DNA of 63,541 bases, counting the filler, from Lenisia limosa (lineage: Eukaryota; Protista; Breviatea): the NCBI GenBank assembly GCA_001655205.1. It is 10 parts of 10 records of this genome, joined end to end, with 100 filler letters (N's around TTAATTAATTAA, not from the genome) between each part and the next. Parts side by side here need not be neighbours in the genome. Positions count along the whole stretch, not along the records: positions 42,844 to 52,660 come from LPNZ01007150.1; positions 52,761 to 54,792 come from LPNZ01003010.1; positions 54,893 to 62,093 come from LPNZ01005551.1; positions 62,194 to 63,541 come from LPNZ01006016.1; 6 more parts are not named here. One strand, written 5' to 3'. The position numbers were made by a program, and so were the translations under genes. Below the pieces are notes generated by a model that saw only the letters and a list, made by a program, of their open reading frames with translations, did not search any database and was not told where the DNA came from. Below are positions 51,124 to 63,541 of the stretch, piece after piece. How positions within the stretch are numbered: the first letter of the stretch is position 1; each line of letters begins with the position of its first letter.

Positions 51124-52660
51124 ATGTGGAACTATGCTCTGCTCTTCCTCGCCCTTCTCGGTATGCTAATAGGGCTAATTAGTCATAGAAGGCCAAGAAG
51201 GCTTCATATAGCTCCTTCCCAGTAATGATTGTACTGAACCAGGAAAACAAAGTTTTCATTCCAGCTTTACTGCGAAGCAATATTGTTTCAACTCAATTAC
51301 TATTGTTCTTCGTTCATTCTCAAGTTCCTTAAGCTAAATATAATGCTAACCCAAGCCAACAGGTGTGGCATTAGCAGTGGACATGAGCCCCCAAGGCCGC
51401 GTGTCCTTCTCTTCACTCGGAGCCAAAACAGCCGTCCTGGAGAACACTGTCCATCCCGAAGTGACCTGCAGCACTGATGGCGAGATCAAGTGGGGGGGGG
51501 GGGNNNNNNNNNNNNNNNNNNNNNNNNNNNNNNNNNNNNNNNNNNNNNNNNNNNNNNNNNNNNNNNNNNNNNNNNNNNNNNNNNNNNNNNNNNNNNNNNN
51601 NNNNNNNNNNNNNNNNNNNNNNNNNNNNNNNNNNNNNNNNNNNNNNNNNNNNNNNNNNNNNNNNNNNNNNNNNNNNNNNNNNNNNNCCTTCTTTTTACTT
51701 GATTTGGGCTTTTTTGTTTCATAAATTTTCCTGATGGGATGCCTTACTGCAGAAGTGACTGAACTGGGCTTTGTTTGTTGTGTTGTTATCAATCCTCGTG
51801 TGTTTCATCAATTTTCCAAGTTTACTCCCCCCCATATGTCAATATTTTTCATGGAAATTTTCTTCTTTTTACCTCTCCCCCCAGGTACACAAGTGGCCAG
51901 GTAACTGTCTGTAATGGCGAAGTTGAATTGCCTCTTTCCCCGTACCCTGGAGGTAGGCCAATTCCCACATCATTATCCTCCATTATGATAATCCGCATCA
52001 TCATTGGTGAGCCATAACATCATATCCACAATCCACAATTATAATCTTATGATCCACAATTATAACGTGAACATCATCCACTTAACATCATTATCCACGT
52101 TAACACTTAACATCATTATCCACGTTAACATCATCCTTAACATCATTATCCACGTTAACATCATCCACTTAACATCATTATCCACAATTATAACGTCAAC
52201 ATCATCCACCATTATAACATCATTATCCACCATTATAACGTCAACAGAGGCGCTGACGGGCTTCACAAAGGAACTAGTTCCCGGATCCCGAGTCTCAGAC
52301 GATTTGACATTTTTCACTCCGAGTAGCGCTTTGTGAGAGGGGGGAGGGCAATTTTGTTTGATACGCTACCGAAAGTAGAACTCAAGAAAAACCCCGAAAA
52401 CTATATCGAAATTCAAAAGACTGATTTTTTGACACATATTCTTGGTAAACATCAATATTCTTCCAGTCTTTTTTGGAACCAAAGTGAATCCCCAACTAAT
52501 CCAGGCCTCTCACAGGCTCCAAAGCCCCCTTTTTCTTACCACATAGCTTCGTCCCTGGCTTCTCCTACGGCGTGACAGAGAACGACCACACCTTCAGCTT
52601 CCAGCACTCCGGCACCTTCCTGGTTTCGGCCCTCGTCGAAATGAACTCAGCGTTTGCGGG
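51124..52660 (+). CDS. Secreted protein with possible C1q/BclA-C-like beta-sandwich; 3' truncated
   Basis: Signal peptide MWNYALLFLALLGVALA. The last visible exon FVPGFSYGVTENDHTFSFQHSGTFLVSALVE resembles the F.I...G.Y.V...V strand pattern of C1q/BclA-type domains (weak). Confidence 0.5.
52010..52245. repeat. Intronic minisatellite (CATCATTATCCAC / ATTATAACGT units)
   Basis: More than 10 imperfect tandem units between the donor at ~51953 and the acceptor at ~52247. Confidence 0.85.
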
Positions 52661-52809
52661 NNNNNNNNNNNNNNNNNNNNNNNNNNNNNNNNNNNNNNNN
52701 NNNNTTAATTAATTAANNNNNNNNNNNNNNNNNNNNNNNNNNNNNNNNNNNNNNNNNNNNCAAAGTCCAGGCCAGTCGCTTTTGCAGCACCAGGTATAAA
52801 TAGAGTGCC

Positions 52810-54792
52810 AGCTCAATTTCCTACATGACATATTATTCCATGATACAGACCCCCCACGTTGCATATGCAGGGGCAGCTCAATTTCCTGTGTTTGGAAGCC
52901 GCGACGATGGCGTTCACGCATCTCGGCCACTTGAGCGTAGTAATCTTTTTCCTGGGGGGAGGGGAGTATAATGAAGGGAAATTCGAAGAAGAATATTGAG
53001 GTGAGAAAGAAAAGACCTGGACTGTTGGTTTTGCATCAAGACGGTCGATATTTTATCGGTCTTTTCCCCAGTGCTCACCGCCTGGTCCATGCGGATCTTT
53101 CGCTTTTCCTCCTCCTGCTGAGATTCATAGATCATTTCCATCTCGTGTTTTTCTTCCTAAAGAGGTAAAAACAATACCTCAAACATAGCCTATATTGAAT
53201 AATTATCTGCTTTTTTTTTGGTAAACAGTTCAAAATATGTGGAAATGAGAATGTAAGTCGATTGTTAAATGTAGCAATATTAGAAAAACAAATCTGGCAA
53301 TTTATTAATTCGAAGAAGAGAAAAACTGCAAGGAGCCCTAAAAATTAGCATCGCTCATCATTATTTAAATTTACAGGTGGGAGATGAGATTGGTAGAACT
53401 TACACTGTTTAGAAGGTTTTACAAAAAAAGAGCAACCCCAACCCCCTTCAGTTAGGCATGTTTTCTGGATTGTATTTTTTTCTGAACTATAAATCCCTCC
53501 TTTTTTACTACCCCCCCCCCCTGTTTAAGTCACAATCACCCCCCTCACCAATCTCAAGCGCNNNNNNNNNNTCCTCTACCTTCTTTTTTCGGGTATAGTC
53601 AGCATAAGCATCGTAGGACACCTTCATTGTGAGGATATGATAGCACCATATAATTGCTAGTAAAGGATAATGGTAATGATGATGATGTTCTTCAACTTGG
53701 AGAGCCAATTATGGTGACTAAACATCATAAAGACTCCAGGCTCCAAGCACAAAAGAGGAAAATGCCACCCCATCGGAAAAAAAAAACGAGTAAGGGGGGG
53801 GGGGGNNNNNNNNNNNNNNNNNNNNNNNNNNNNNNNNNNNNNNNNNNNNNNNNNNNNNNNNNNNNNNNNNNNNNNNNNNNNNNTATTTCGAAATATATAT
53901 CATTCATATACATATCATATACAATATAAGCCAACCATCTGATAGTCGGTGAGGCTCTGTTTGGCATAATTATCCAGATATGCGGCACCACTATCATCAT
54001 GGGACTTCAACATGCTCTGAGGGGGTGAGAAAAAGGAGTTATCCTACAAAAGATTAGAGATATTGATAGATTAATTCACTCAAAATGATATAATTATGAT
54101 AATGATACTCACCAAAGCGCTCAGAAACACCCAACCAAATATAATCCATATTGATATTGATGGCTTACCAAGGCGATCTGTGACGCTGACGCGAAGAAGA
54201 GGCACGCATCGCGTCTCATGTCAAGGGCAAGGCTTTCGTGGTGGGGGAGGAAAGGATGGTGGTTGAGGTAGGGTACCTGGGGGTGCTGGAATCGAATTAG
54301 TGATGAAGGTATAATGAAGAAAAAGAAATCTTTAATCGAAAATTGGTATGTATATAATGTAAACGTTTGGAATGAAAATGAATCAAAAACCTCCACAATC
54401 GTAAAGCGAAAAGCCCATTCATACATGGAGCATCATCGACTTTCCAAGGTAGAAAATGTACTGCTCGATTGAAGTTCGGCACTACGCAGTGAATATGAAT
54501 CGTTTTATCCCTTGTTATTGACAGTTTTATCGGTAATATGTTGCCAGTCGCTTACCCTCCATTCAATATGATCTTTTCGAGTGTCCCACTCTGAGGAATG
54601 GACATAGAGCTTCAGCTAGAAAATAAGATAATATTTGATGGATGTGTCCATTTGTCCATTGTTCCTTATTTTAGTATCACCCCACCCCCCGCCAACTCTC
54701 TCCTCGGGGTCTTCGTACATCTTATGGGCGTAAATGAACATCTCCATAATCGCCTTTGGAAGAACCAACCCAGTTGAGTTGAGGTAGCGAAG
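52810..54792 (-). CDS. Multi-exon gene fragment, unknown
   Basis: Exons LRYLNSTGLVLPKAIMEMFIYAHKMYEDPEE, VVPNFNRAVHFLPWKVDDAPCMNGLFALRL, HPQVPYLNHHPFLPHHESLALDMRRDACLFF, SMLKSHDDSGAAYLDNYAKQSLTDYQM and MIYESQQEEEKRKIRMDQA have GT/AG ends. Confidence 0.55.
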
Positions 54793-54892
54793 NNNNNNNN
54801 NNNNNNNNNNNNNNNNNNNNNNNNNNNNNNNNNNNNTTAATTAATTAANNNNNNNNNNNNNNNNNNNNNNNNNNNNNNNNNNNNNNNNNNNN

Positions 54893-57800
54893 ATCATGAG
54901 AACCTCACCACCCTCGGAAGAGCAGTGCTGGATATTGTTGTGGGTAACTCGGGGGTGGTCGTCATTACGACTGTATGGGTCTATCAACTATAATGAAGGA
55001 TACCCTTCAAATTGGACATTTTATAATGAAATTATGGCTGACTATACATACGCAATGACACATTTGGGTATTTAATGTATAAGTGAGTTCACTAGTAATG
55101 ATGATCCTTGGTATATATGATATGTAAAGCAATGAGAATTGAAAAATAAGGNNNNNNNNNNNNNNNNNNNNNNNNNNNNNNNNNNNNNNNNNNNNNNNNN
55201 NNNNNNNNNNNNNNNNNNNNNNNNNNNNNNNNNNNNNNNNNNNNCCAGTACAACCTTATTTTTTTATTTCTCATTGCTATATATGAACTTGCTTCTCCTT
55301 TCATCCCCTATTATAAATTAATTTTGCAGGAAATCAAAATACAACAAAATGATTACGTGGTCAATTTCTTGTCCGAGGTAAGTGGTCTTTTTAGTGTGAC
55401 TTTCCCCTCTGTTGGGCTCTCTTTTTCTGGAAGTTTAAGAGGCCCTATTCTGATTCTATGTGATTATTATATTATATCATATTTAGACTACTACATTTTC
55501 TTCTCCCAACCTTCTTCGTTTATATTCATACAGTTTTTCCTAGCATTTCGTTAATTCTTCTCAATTTGTTCAAATGAGTCTTTTGACAACTATTCAGCTC
55601 GCTCTCAATCTGTTGAGCGGTGATGTGGAGACAATTCAACGAGGCGTTGGGCAAGTGTATGAGGTAAGTAAACTGTCACGTTTGGACAATATTTCAGCAT
55701 CTGTTTTCCTAATATTTGTGTGTTATGGTTCTCTCAACAGCACACTACCAACTCAAATAACTATTTCAGTGCTCACGTAGAATGGGTACAACTGAGCCGT
55801 CTCAAGAAGTTCTAGGTATTGAGGGTGCCTGCGGAAACTGTGTATACAGAGTTGTTAGGTAAATGGTATGAAATTATTAACCCAATGTAAGCATGATGGT
55901 GTAAACGGATTTGATTTGAAGAATACGTTCTTGTTGTTACTTGGACAAATATGTTCGTTGACCAGTATTGACGGCTTATAATAGAACCTTTATAAACGTG
56001 ATGCCAGCTTTTTTTCTCATCTTCTTTCGCCTAATACTATTGCATAATGCAATACCTTTAACTGACATGTACATAATATAATATTTATTATTACAAGTCT
56101 GGTGAACTACTTATAAAGAGAGTATTTGACGTGCCCTCTTTTTCTCTTTTGTGGCTAGTTTCTTCTTAACTCTTGTAGATCATTTCGAAAGTCTTAAAAC
56201 TGCAGAAGAAGTAGGACCCGTATCTTCTTCAATTCTTATATTGGGCCTGAAGGCGCAAAGGGAATTCTACGTCTCAATAAAAATTAACTATTCTCATTTT
56301 GCTACTTACTGTTAGGAAATTATATATCATATATTCTTTTTTACCACTCAAAGTCCTTCTGTTATCTTTTTAGAATGATGATATTGTCATAGGGCTGATT
56401 TCTGAATTGTGTCAAGCTCTCTTGGTGCGGATGGTATTTTGACGGCAATAAATTCCATAAGTACATGCATAGTATTTCTCTTAGCAAGTCCTTCTTTTTA
56501 GTTGCAAAAATCCAGTATAATACTAGGGCTTCACTTCTGTTCGAAAAAAGACTGAATTTCTCGATATAACCTCGAAAACTGTTGATATTTTACCGGTCTT
56601 TTTCGAACCGAAATGAAGCCCTAATAATTAGATGCATCCGTCATATCATATAATGACTCAGCTTTCCAATTACATTACTTATTACTTTTATGAAGTCTTT
56701 CGAATACTTCGACAACTTCACTGAACGTCTCTCTATGTACTCTCCCTTGCCTTTCAAAGTTTGAGATGTGATTCTTTGAGAAATTTTCTTCTGATGATTC
56801 GGTGGTTAAACTGTAAAAAAATAACACCCAAATTAGAAATAAAGTCTGGTCTTATTCTGTGATGTTTCTACGTAAATATTGACCTTTTTCATTCACTACC
56901 CTGATTCAGTTTTATATATCTTCATAAATCACATCATATTTATTCTCAGAAAAGCCATTTCTTTTTCTTTGACTTGTCAGATTGTTTACAAAGATGCCAA
57001 AAAATTAAAGATTGCCAAAAAGCACTTCCTTGGTTGGTTGTATTTTTTATACTGAGGGATTCCCATCGATCTAAAAAGGGGTTGAGTTTCTAGATGAATT
57101 CTTGATATGTATTTGTCAGTCTGTTTTGAGGGAGTCCTTTTTATGATTAGCTCTATCACGAGAAACATTTGTTAGCATCATATGAAGTTTCACATAATAC
57201 TGCTTTCAGACTTGGACAGCGCAATTCAGACTCACGCCTACCAAAATAACTTCGGTGCATCTGATCACCAAACGTAAGTCAATCTCTTATCTGCTTTTTA
57301 ACTTGGTATTTGGGGAGGCACGCAGAAAGCTGTGAGCACCGAGTTGTAAGGCAAATGATTGGGTGATTAACTATTATACTATAATCCAATATCAAGGTGA
57401 TGGTGTGGACGGCTTCGGTCAGAATCATTGCTATATATTCCCCCAGTAGAACTTTTAAATGACGACGTTTATTGCGGATGGTATATATATACGGCTATCT
57501 GGTCAACCGTTCNNNNNNNNNNNNNNNNNNNNNNNNNNNNNNNNNNNNNNNNNNNNNNNNNNNNNNNNNNNNNNNNNNNNNNNNNNNNNNNNNNNNNNNN
57601 NNNNNNNNNNNNNNNNNNNNNNNNNNNNNNNNNNNNNNNNNNNNNNNNNNNNNNNNNNNNNNNNNNNNNNNNNNNNNNNNNNNNNNNNNNNNNNNNNNNT
57701 CCCTCCTCAGGACTTTTGATGTTGGTGGGAATTACTGGAAAAAAGTTTCAACAAAGATCAACACACAAGAACATAGAAAGGCCAACCAAGTCACAACTGA

Positions 57801-60800
57801 AACAAATGATATAATGTGCAATGAAATCATATTTTAGATTAAGATCCGATGGAGTGCAGTCTTTCAGAGTTTCCGAGAAGTGAGACAAGAGTGGATCGAC
57901 TCGGTAGGTCTCGGAAGGAAAAAGGGGAAATCGTTTTTCATGGACTTGCAAATTATTGTCCGTCACGTAAAACTCTTATTGGGTCCTGTTCACACTTCTG
58001 AGTTAATGGTGTCGGACCCTCGTATTCAAAAACAAGTCTTATGCTTAGCATCACTTCCTCAAATACCGGATTTCTTGATATTTCTCTTTGAAGAGACTCA
58101 AATAAATCCCTAAGCTCTAACCTTCTAGACTTTCAACAACGACCCTGATCAATTCGTAAGTGGTTATGAATTGAGAAACTTGTTCGAATACCAATTGGGT
58201 GTGGAAGGAAGCCTTTGAAAGCAAAAGTTGTGATATTTTCTGATATCTTGTATTGTTCTTTGTTGTGCTCTTTATACAAGATACACAATAGTTTTATGGT
58301 TTTCCTTCGAAATAATCTCGACAGTTATCTGGGGAAAGTTGTCTTCAGAAGCCCCACGATTATATGTTTTTGATTCTTCAGATGAAGTCCATGCTAGGAT
58401 TCGCTATGTACTTGCAAGACAAACTCTACGTTGACGCCCATGGTATTGAACGCGCTACTGGAGTTCTCAACCCTTCCTTCAACATGTTAGCAGCGGGTGG
58501 CATTGTTTCTAGGGCTTCACTTCGGTTCGAAAAATCTCGGGAAAATATCGATAGTTTTCGAGGATTTATCGTGACATTCAGTCTTTTTTCGAACCAAAGT
58601 GAAGCCCTCATTGTTTCCCCAATACATGACTGAATTTCTAAACTTAATTATCTACAAATTGAGAAACTTTTTTGAGAAACATTGTATTAGAAATGAAGGT
58701 CTGAACCACGAACCACAGGGGGTCGGACCCCCATACGAAGTATATATTTTGCCTCCATGGACGGTGTGTTTATAATTTCTGTGACCATTAGCCATAATGT
58801 GACTTTCAAGGGAACAATGGGTGAAAGCAGTCAATGCGGCCTATGAGAATCCCAAAGAACCGCCAAGACTTACAGAGGTAGGTAACGCGAAGGCGTGGGA
58901 ATATTGTTACTGTTGTTAAATAGTATTTATCTAGATATGATATGTACACTGTTGGTCATATTTGATTTATGATATTATCTAACAGTTGTTGGACTGTTGC
59001 GGATATAAACACCACAGAGGCTTATATTTTTAGATCGCATGTCTGGCTATCGTTGAAAAGGTCAGCGATTTTTTTGGGGATATAATACTGATTGGAAAGA
59101 AAAGGATATTTATGATTCAAGCATTTTTAAAGTCTTTCAATATATATTATTAAATATTACTAAGACTTTACAACTGTGTTAAAAAAAGACAGGAGCTCAA
59201 TAACAATGAATAAATGTAATTCTTAATAAATACAATCCATATTCAACTCTGGGACCCCTAGAATAGCTAGTGCCTCCATTATCAACCCCCTTGGGTTGTC
59301 AGCCAACAGAGTTGATTTTGGGCTTTTTTGTTTCATAAAAATGTCAATTTTACCCCCCCCCTCCCAGCAAGCCGAAGGCGAGTGCGAATATGATGCTTCA
59401 GGCCTGACATGGGAAATCCAGGAACTGGTTGGTGATATGACAGAGCGTATTATGGGATATAATCTGGATCCAGGAAATGTTTGATGAACCATATGACATT
59501 AAAATCTTTATGTTTCATATTCATTTCCCCCAATTGTTGAGCATACGAAGCCTTACTCCCAAGATGGTCAAGACTATTTTTGAACACGTTTCGTCCAACA
59601 ATTCCGAGGTAATGACGGGGATTTTGTCGTAGGACTATCACATAACTAAGATGAAATGGTAGCTAAATAGAATCAAGACGTTAAGGACATTCTCTGTTAT
59701 CCAATATCTCCTATTAGCATGATGATGTAGACAGCTTCAGCCAGAAACAACCATTTTATTTCTTATCTCTCCCCATTTTAGAGAACCATCGAGTCCATAT
59801 CATCCCTACTGAAGTCCATGGTTATCAACGGCATAACGGAGCTAAATATCAGCTTGAACCCAGGCATTTTGGCGATTTATAACTCCCTTGGAGAGAAGTA
59901 AGTTTCAATCTACTACCATCTTATTTCCAGCCTTCCCCTGGTGTTTCCGAATTTATCGTCACTAAACGCTTCTCAACTTGTCCATCCGCCCCAGTACTAT
60001 CCGGAGTATGTTATTGGATTTCACCGCTTCCACAATAATATAATCGAGATAGATTATATTTCACCAAAACACTGACAATATGGAATAGAAATCCCACTTG
60101 AACCAGTATATTCTCAGGCTATTGAATTTAACTCTTTTTAACTTTGCAGAACCCTCACTCATCTTGACATCTCATCCTCAATTATCGGTATGCTCATTAG
60201 TTTGATTGTGCTCTTACCCCCCTCCTCCTCTTGGGGGGTATAAGAAACGAAATGGCGTCCCCATTCCCTATGAAACCTCGACTATAACACCTCAGATGAA
60301 GATGTCATTGAGCAAGTCCTCCGGAACCCCAATCTTACGAGCCTCAAGGCCCAGGCCATTCTCTCCATCGGAACGATCACTATCCCAAGCACTTCTGTTG
60401 TCGAAATGGAGTGAGAAAGGAGACTGAAATTTGAAACCAATTTCTCATTGTTGTATTCTTACAAGGAATAGCCTTTGTATCCTCTCTCTCACCCCCTCTC
60501 CAATCATTTATTGCGACCCGTGTCTTTAATCCATCATAAATGTCCATTTGTGCCATAATTCAATATGCTACTTTGATCATAAACCACTGGATGAGAGAAT
60601 ATAATGTAAATATTACAAAAGAGCATCTTACTGCCTTCGTTTCCTCATCATCCAGCTTTGCTCATTGTCTCTCATTGGAGTATATCCATTGCAGCGCTAT
60701 TTGCCCTTCAGTCCAGGTATGAATTTCTCGATAAATCCTCGAAAACTATCGATATTTTCCCGAACCGAGGTGAAGCCTTACCACCCACACCCTAATACTC

Positions 60801-61916
60801 TATTTCTATCTCCCCCCCCCCCGCATATTTGTTTACTCCTACACCCCTTTTTATGCTTTATCTTGGGCTTCCTTACCCCCATGATACTGATCTATCAGCG
60901 TCTCAAACTCCTAAACACCGCAATTCTTCTTGGTGACTATTTCACGTACTTCTACCCAAATGCGGTAATTGGGGGGGGGGGGGTNNNNNNNNNNNNNNNN
61001 NNNNNNNNNNNNNNNNNNNNNNNNNNNNNNNNNNNNNNNNNNNNNNNNTTTTTCTTTTTTTTTCTTTTTTGTTGCACCAAAACAAAGTCTGAGGGGGAAA
61101 AAGAAAAGACAATGACCAAAACTTGCCAAATAATGAGGAAGGTTCGACCCAAGGCCTTGGTTCGACCAATTACCCTAACGTTCGACAAATTAGCAACATG
61201 CACAGTTGGATGAAAAGATGTGGATGGATATCAGAGAAAGACATAAGGAAGTTGCCTCGCTTGTCAGTCTCCACTTTTAACCATAATGTTCTCATATTGT
61301 CATAACTTGGGGGTTTCTTTCCTCAAGATTTTTTCGAGATTTTTTTTGAAAATAATACCTCAAATACAATTCTCCAATATTCTAATCCCCTCAGGAAGTA
61401 AACTGGTCAAGTCGTCGAAATGACAACCCATCTTTGAAGGCGCTGTGTACCACAATAGACCCGCATATTGTAGGCCTTCAGCGAAGTCTACCTAGTTTAA
61501 AGACTATAAAAGCAGGGTGCCAAACCAGATAATAGCCCCATGGTGCAGGTTATTCAGGCTGTAGGCGAAAACAAGAAGACTAACACCTTTTTCTGGTGCA
61601 CATTATACTCCTCGCTAGCATATCAACGTGAAAGGTTTTTGATAGCTTTTGCATTTCCCATATTCTGTAACTGTAGGGGGGATCTTGCCCTCCCCCTCCC
61701 CCCAACTCACTCATACAAATGTTGCCCAATTTTTTCTGGTAAACACCCCAATTTACCCAAAATAGCTTTGATGTGTGTGTACTCGTTGTTAGGATGATGA
61801 CCATCCAGAAAAAGCTCTCCCCTGAAGACCTGAGTCGATTCCTGGTACTTTATCACGAACTTATTTGTAATGGTGATGACGGCTTTGTGATTGCCCTCGA
61901 TGAATTTGTTGAAAAG
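54893..61916 (+). CDS. Large multi-exon gene of unknown function (possible degenerate RNase III-like N-terminus, LRR-like stretch near the C-terminus); both ends truncated
   Basis: More than 20 exon-like segments with GT/AG ends, e.g. HENLTTLGRAVLDIV, IKIRWSAVFQSFREVRQEWIDS, MKSMLGFAMYLQDKLYVDAHGIERATG, TLTHLDISSSII, VLRNPNLTSLKAQ, LSPEDLSRFLVLYHELIC. It may be more than one gene. Confidence 0.6.
56524..56623. mobile_element. MITE family A copy
   Basis: 100 bp, TAGGGCTTCACTTCTGTTCG...CGAACCGAAATGAAGCCCTA. Confidence 0.85.
58510..58609. mobile_element. MITE family A (hAT-like), 100 bp, perfect 8-bp TSD ATTGTTTC
   Basis: TAGGGCTTCACTTCGGTTCGAAAAA...TTTTTCGAACCAAAGTGAAGCCCTC. ATTGTTTC occurs at 58502-58509 and 58610-58617. 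Confidence 0.9.
59280..59367 (+). repeat. Family D copy ending at the AG acceptor
   Basis: TTATCAACCCCCTTGGGTTGTCAGCCAACAGAGTTGATTTTGGGCTTTTTTGTTTCATAAAAATGTCAATTTTACCCCCCCCCTCCCAG|CAAGCC. Confidence 0.85.
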
Positions 61917-62279
61917 GTGAGTTACTTGAATCTTTCAACAGTGACTTTTCTTTCGTTCCACCCCCCCCCCCATTCATCACGTTTTCGTTTATGGTGCGGT
62001 GCTGCAGAAGCGACTGGCTTGGGCTTTGTTTGTTTTGTTGTTGTCAACCTTTGTTTGTTGTTAGCGAAAATCTCCAATGGGATGCGGTGCTGCNNNNNNN
62101 NNNNNNNNNNNNNNNNNNNNNNNNNNNNNNNNNNNNNTTAATTAATTAANNNNNNNNNNNNNNNNNNNNNNNNNNNNNNNNNNNNNNNNNNNNGGAATAA
62201 TAGCAGAAGATGGGGGGGTAATAATAGCAGAAGATGGGGGGGGAATTTCACTTCACTAACAACACTCACAAATCCCCCT

Positions 62280-63541
62280 TTACCTTGCGGAAACGGACAT
62301 CTCCAGTTCGCAAGTCTGTTTCTTGTTGCCCTTATTTACCTTCAAAATAAGGACGTGTTGCACAAGGTTTCAATTCGGTCCAAAAATAGTCTGAAATTCT
62401 CGATAAATCCTCGATATAATCCGATATTTTACCGCCTTTTTCTTACCAGAATGATGAAGCCCTTGTGTTACTACAACTAGAGTTCACTACGAACCGAAAA
62501 AGACCATGAAAATATCGATAGTTTTCGAGGATTTATTGAGAAATCCTCTATCATATACAGTGACCGGGCTAAGTCTTGACCGATTTGCTATGTGTTATAT
62601 AATCGTCGGTATAAGTCCTGACAGATTTGTTTTGTGATTTCCCAAGGAAAACAGGTCGAGACTTATCCCGGTCACTGTATGACTCCCCTCGCACCATAGT
62701 AGGCACGCGGGATTCGAACCATCGAGTTGGAATGCCCTGGTCCTCTGAGGCTGAGTAGACTGAATGATGGGGAGCCTCGGGGTCTGCAGGGGGGTAAAAC
62801 GAAGAGACAGAGAGAAGAGAGAGAGAAAGAGAGAGAGAGAAAGAAAAAAAGAGAAAGAGAGAGAGAGAGAGGGAGAGAGAGAGACTATATAACAATAATA
62901 TAATCAGGTACCCCACCCCCACTGATTGCAAGCAGTCTTTGCACAATGTAACTCGGGAACATGTCACTCAGAATCAGAAATGACCTACTGCATTCTTCAA
63001 GGAGCTGTGGCAGAGGGGTTATGCAAATATCTAATATTTATATGATTAGTATTGCAATATTTGTATTTTATCGATATACTGATATAGTTACATTCAGTGA
63101 CCACAATAAGTCCTAACACGATTGACTAAAGATAAAGTTCAGTTTTCGTGTCAGGACTTATCGCGGTCATAGTAAGATCTATGAAAAATAAGTTAATAGC
63201 CCCAACAAACCTCAGATTCAATGAGGAAGCGAATCCGGGCCTTGCGTTCGCTGTGATACGGCACACCGGACATGAGCAGGAAGAAGAAGAGAACTATCCC
63301 ATTCCGGGCTACTGCGAGGGATATTTGTGAGTGGATTTTTAGAGAAATAATATAATATATTAAAAATCTACGGAAACAAATAAATACATGGGGATACCAT
63401 AAACAAATTACCAAAATCCCCCAACTGAATGTTTATTTTTATTTTATTAATTTTCAGCTTTTACTCCCCCCACTGATGTGCACAAGACTGCTGCCGCCGG
63501 CTATTGAAATCGTCAAAAGAATGAGCCAGTGAGCGGGGAGG
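62280..63541 (-). CDS. Probable multi-pass membrane class III adenylyl/guanylyl cyclase, juxtamembrane part
   Basis: TM-like exons (HWLILLTISIAGGSSLVHI; VARNGIVLFFFLLMSGVPYHSERKARIRFLIESE) precede LLEECSRSFLILSDMFPSYIVQRLL, which fits the L.EE..KS..LL.N.LP..IA.RL helix that precedes class III cyclase domains. The catalytic core is not visible. Confidence 0.55.
62558..62677. mobile_element. MITE family B (Tc1/mariner-like), 120 bp, TA TSD
   Basis: TA|CAGTGACCGGGCTAAGTCTTGACC...GGTCGAGACTTATCCCGGTCACTG|TA. CAGTG termini with TA flanks are typical of Tc1/mariner. Confidence 0.88.
62803..62884. repeat. (GA)n-rich microsatellite (polypyrimidine tract on the gene strand)
   Basis: Imperfect GA/GAAA run inside an intron of the minus-strand gene. 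Confidence 0.85.

Noticed and set aside
52004-52336. 110-aa His/Ile/Asn-rich ORF and its antisense ORF
   Set aside because: It is a translation of the intronic minisatellite; only the last ~28 codons are a real exon.
58364-58633. 89-aa ORF suggesting MITE exonisation
   Set aside because: A GT donor at ~58496 precedes the MITE, so the element is most likely intronic and the ORF runs on by chance.
1-63541. tRNA, rRNA, autonomous transposase, prokaryotic operon or alternative genetic code
   Set aside because: None recognised by eye; TAA and TAG end conserved genes normally, and no in-frame stop was needed inside any well-supported exon.

Overview
Eukaryotic, intron-rich nuclear DNA, probably from a protist (inference; the taxon cannot be fixed from sequence alone). 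It is not one contiguous locus. Nine N44-TTAATTAATTAA-N44 linkers (starting at 18360, 26324, 31066, 37617, 40393, 42788, 52705, 54837 and 62138) join ten gapped scaffolds, so adjacency across a linker is not biological evidence. Most ORF-track entries are artefacts of short exons, introns or N runs; I spliced the genes by eye using GT-AG boundaries, so coordinates are approximate. Recognisable genes: GET4 (-), SNF8/VPS22 (+), the 3' end of a USP/C19 deubiquitinase (-), an ankyrin-repeat protein (+), an ependymin-like secreted protein (-), a REJ-like module protein (-), a CxxC/EGF Cys-rich protein (-), a claudin-like tetraspan protein (+) and a probable membrane nucleotidyl cyclase (-). There is also a ~13 kb type-I membrane gene combining Sushi, FN2-like, bacterial-type GLUG-associated beta-helix and many tandem Sushi-like modules. 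Introns are packed with palindromic MITEs: hAT-like with perfect 8-bp TSDs and Tc1/mariner-like with TA TSDs. The most striking signal is a non-palindromic ~150-nt repeat (family D) with 13 copies in unrelated genes. Every copy is in the host gene's sense orientation, and wherever the junction is visible it forms the 3' end of the intron up to the AG. It is a candidate introner-like or splice-acceptor-donating element.
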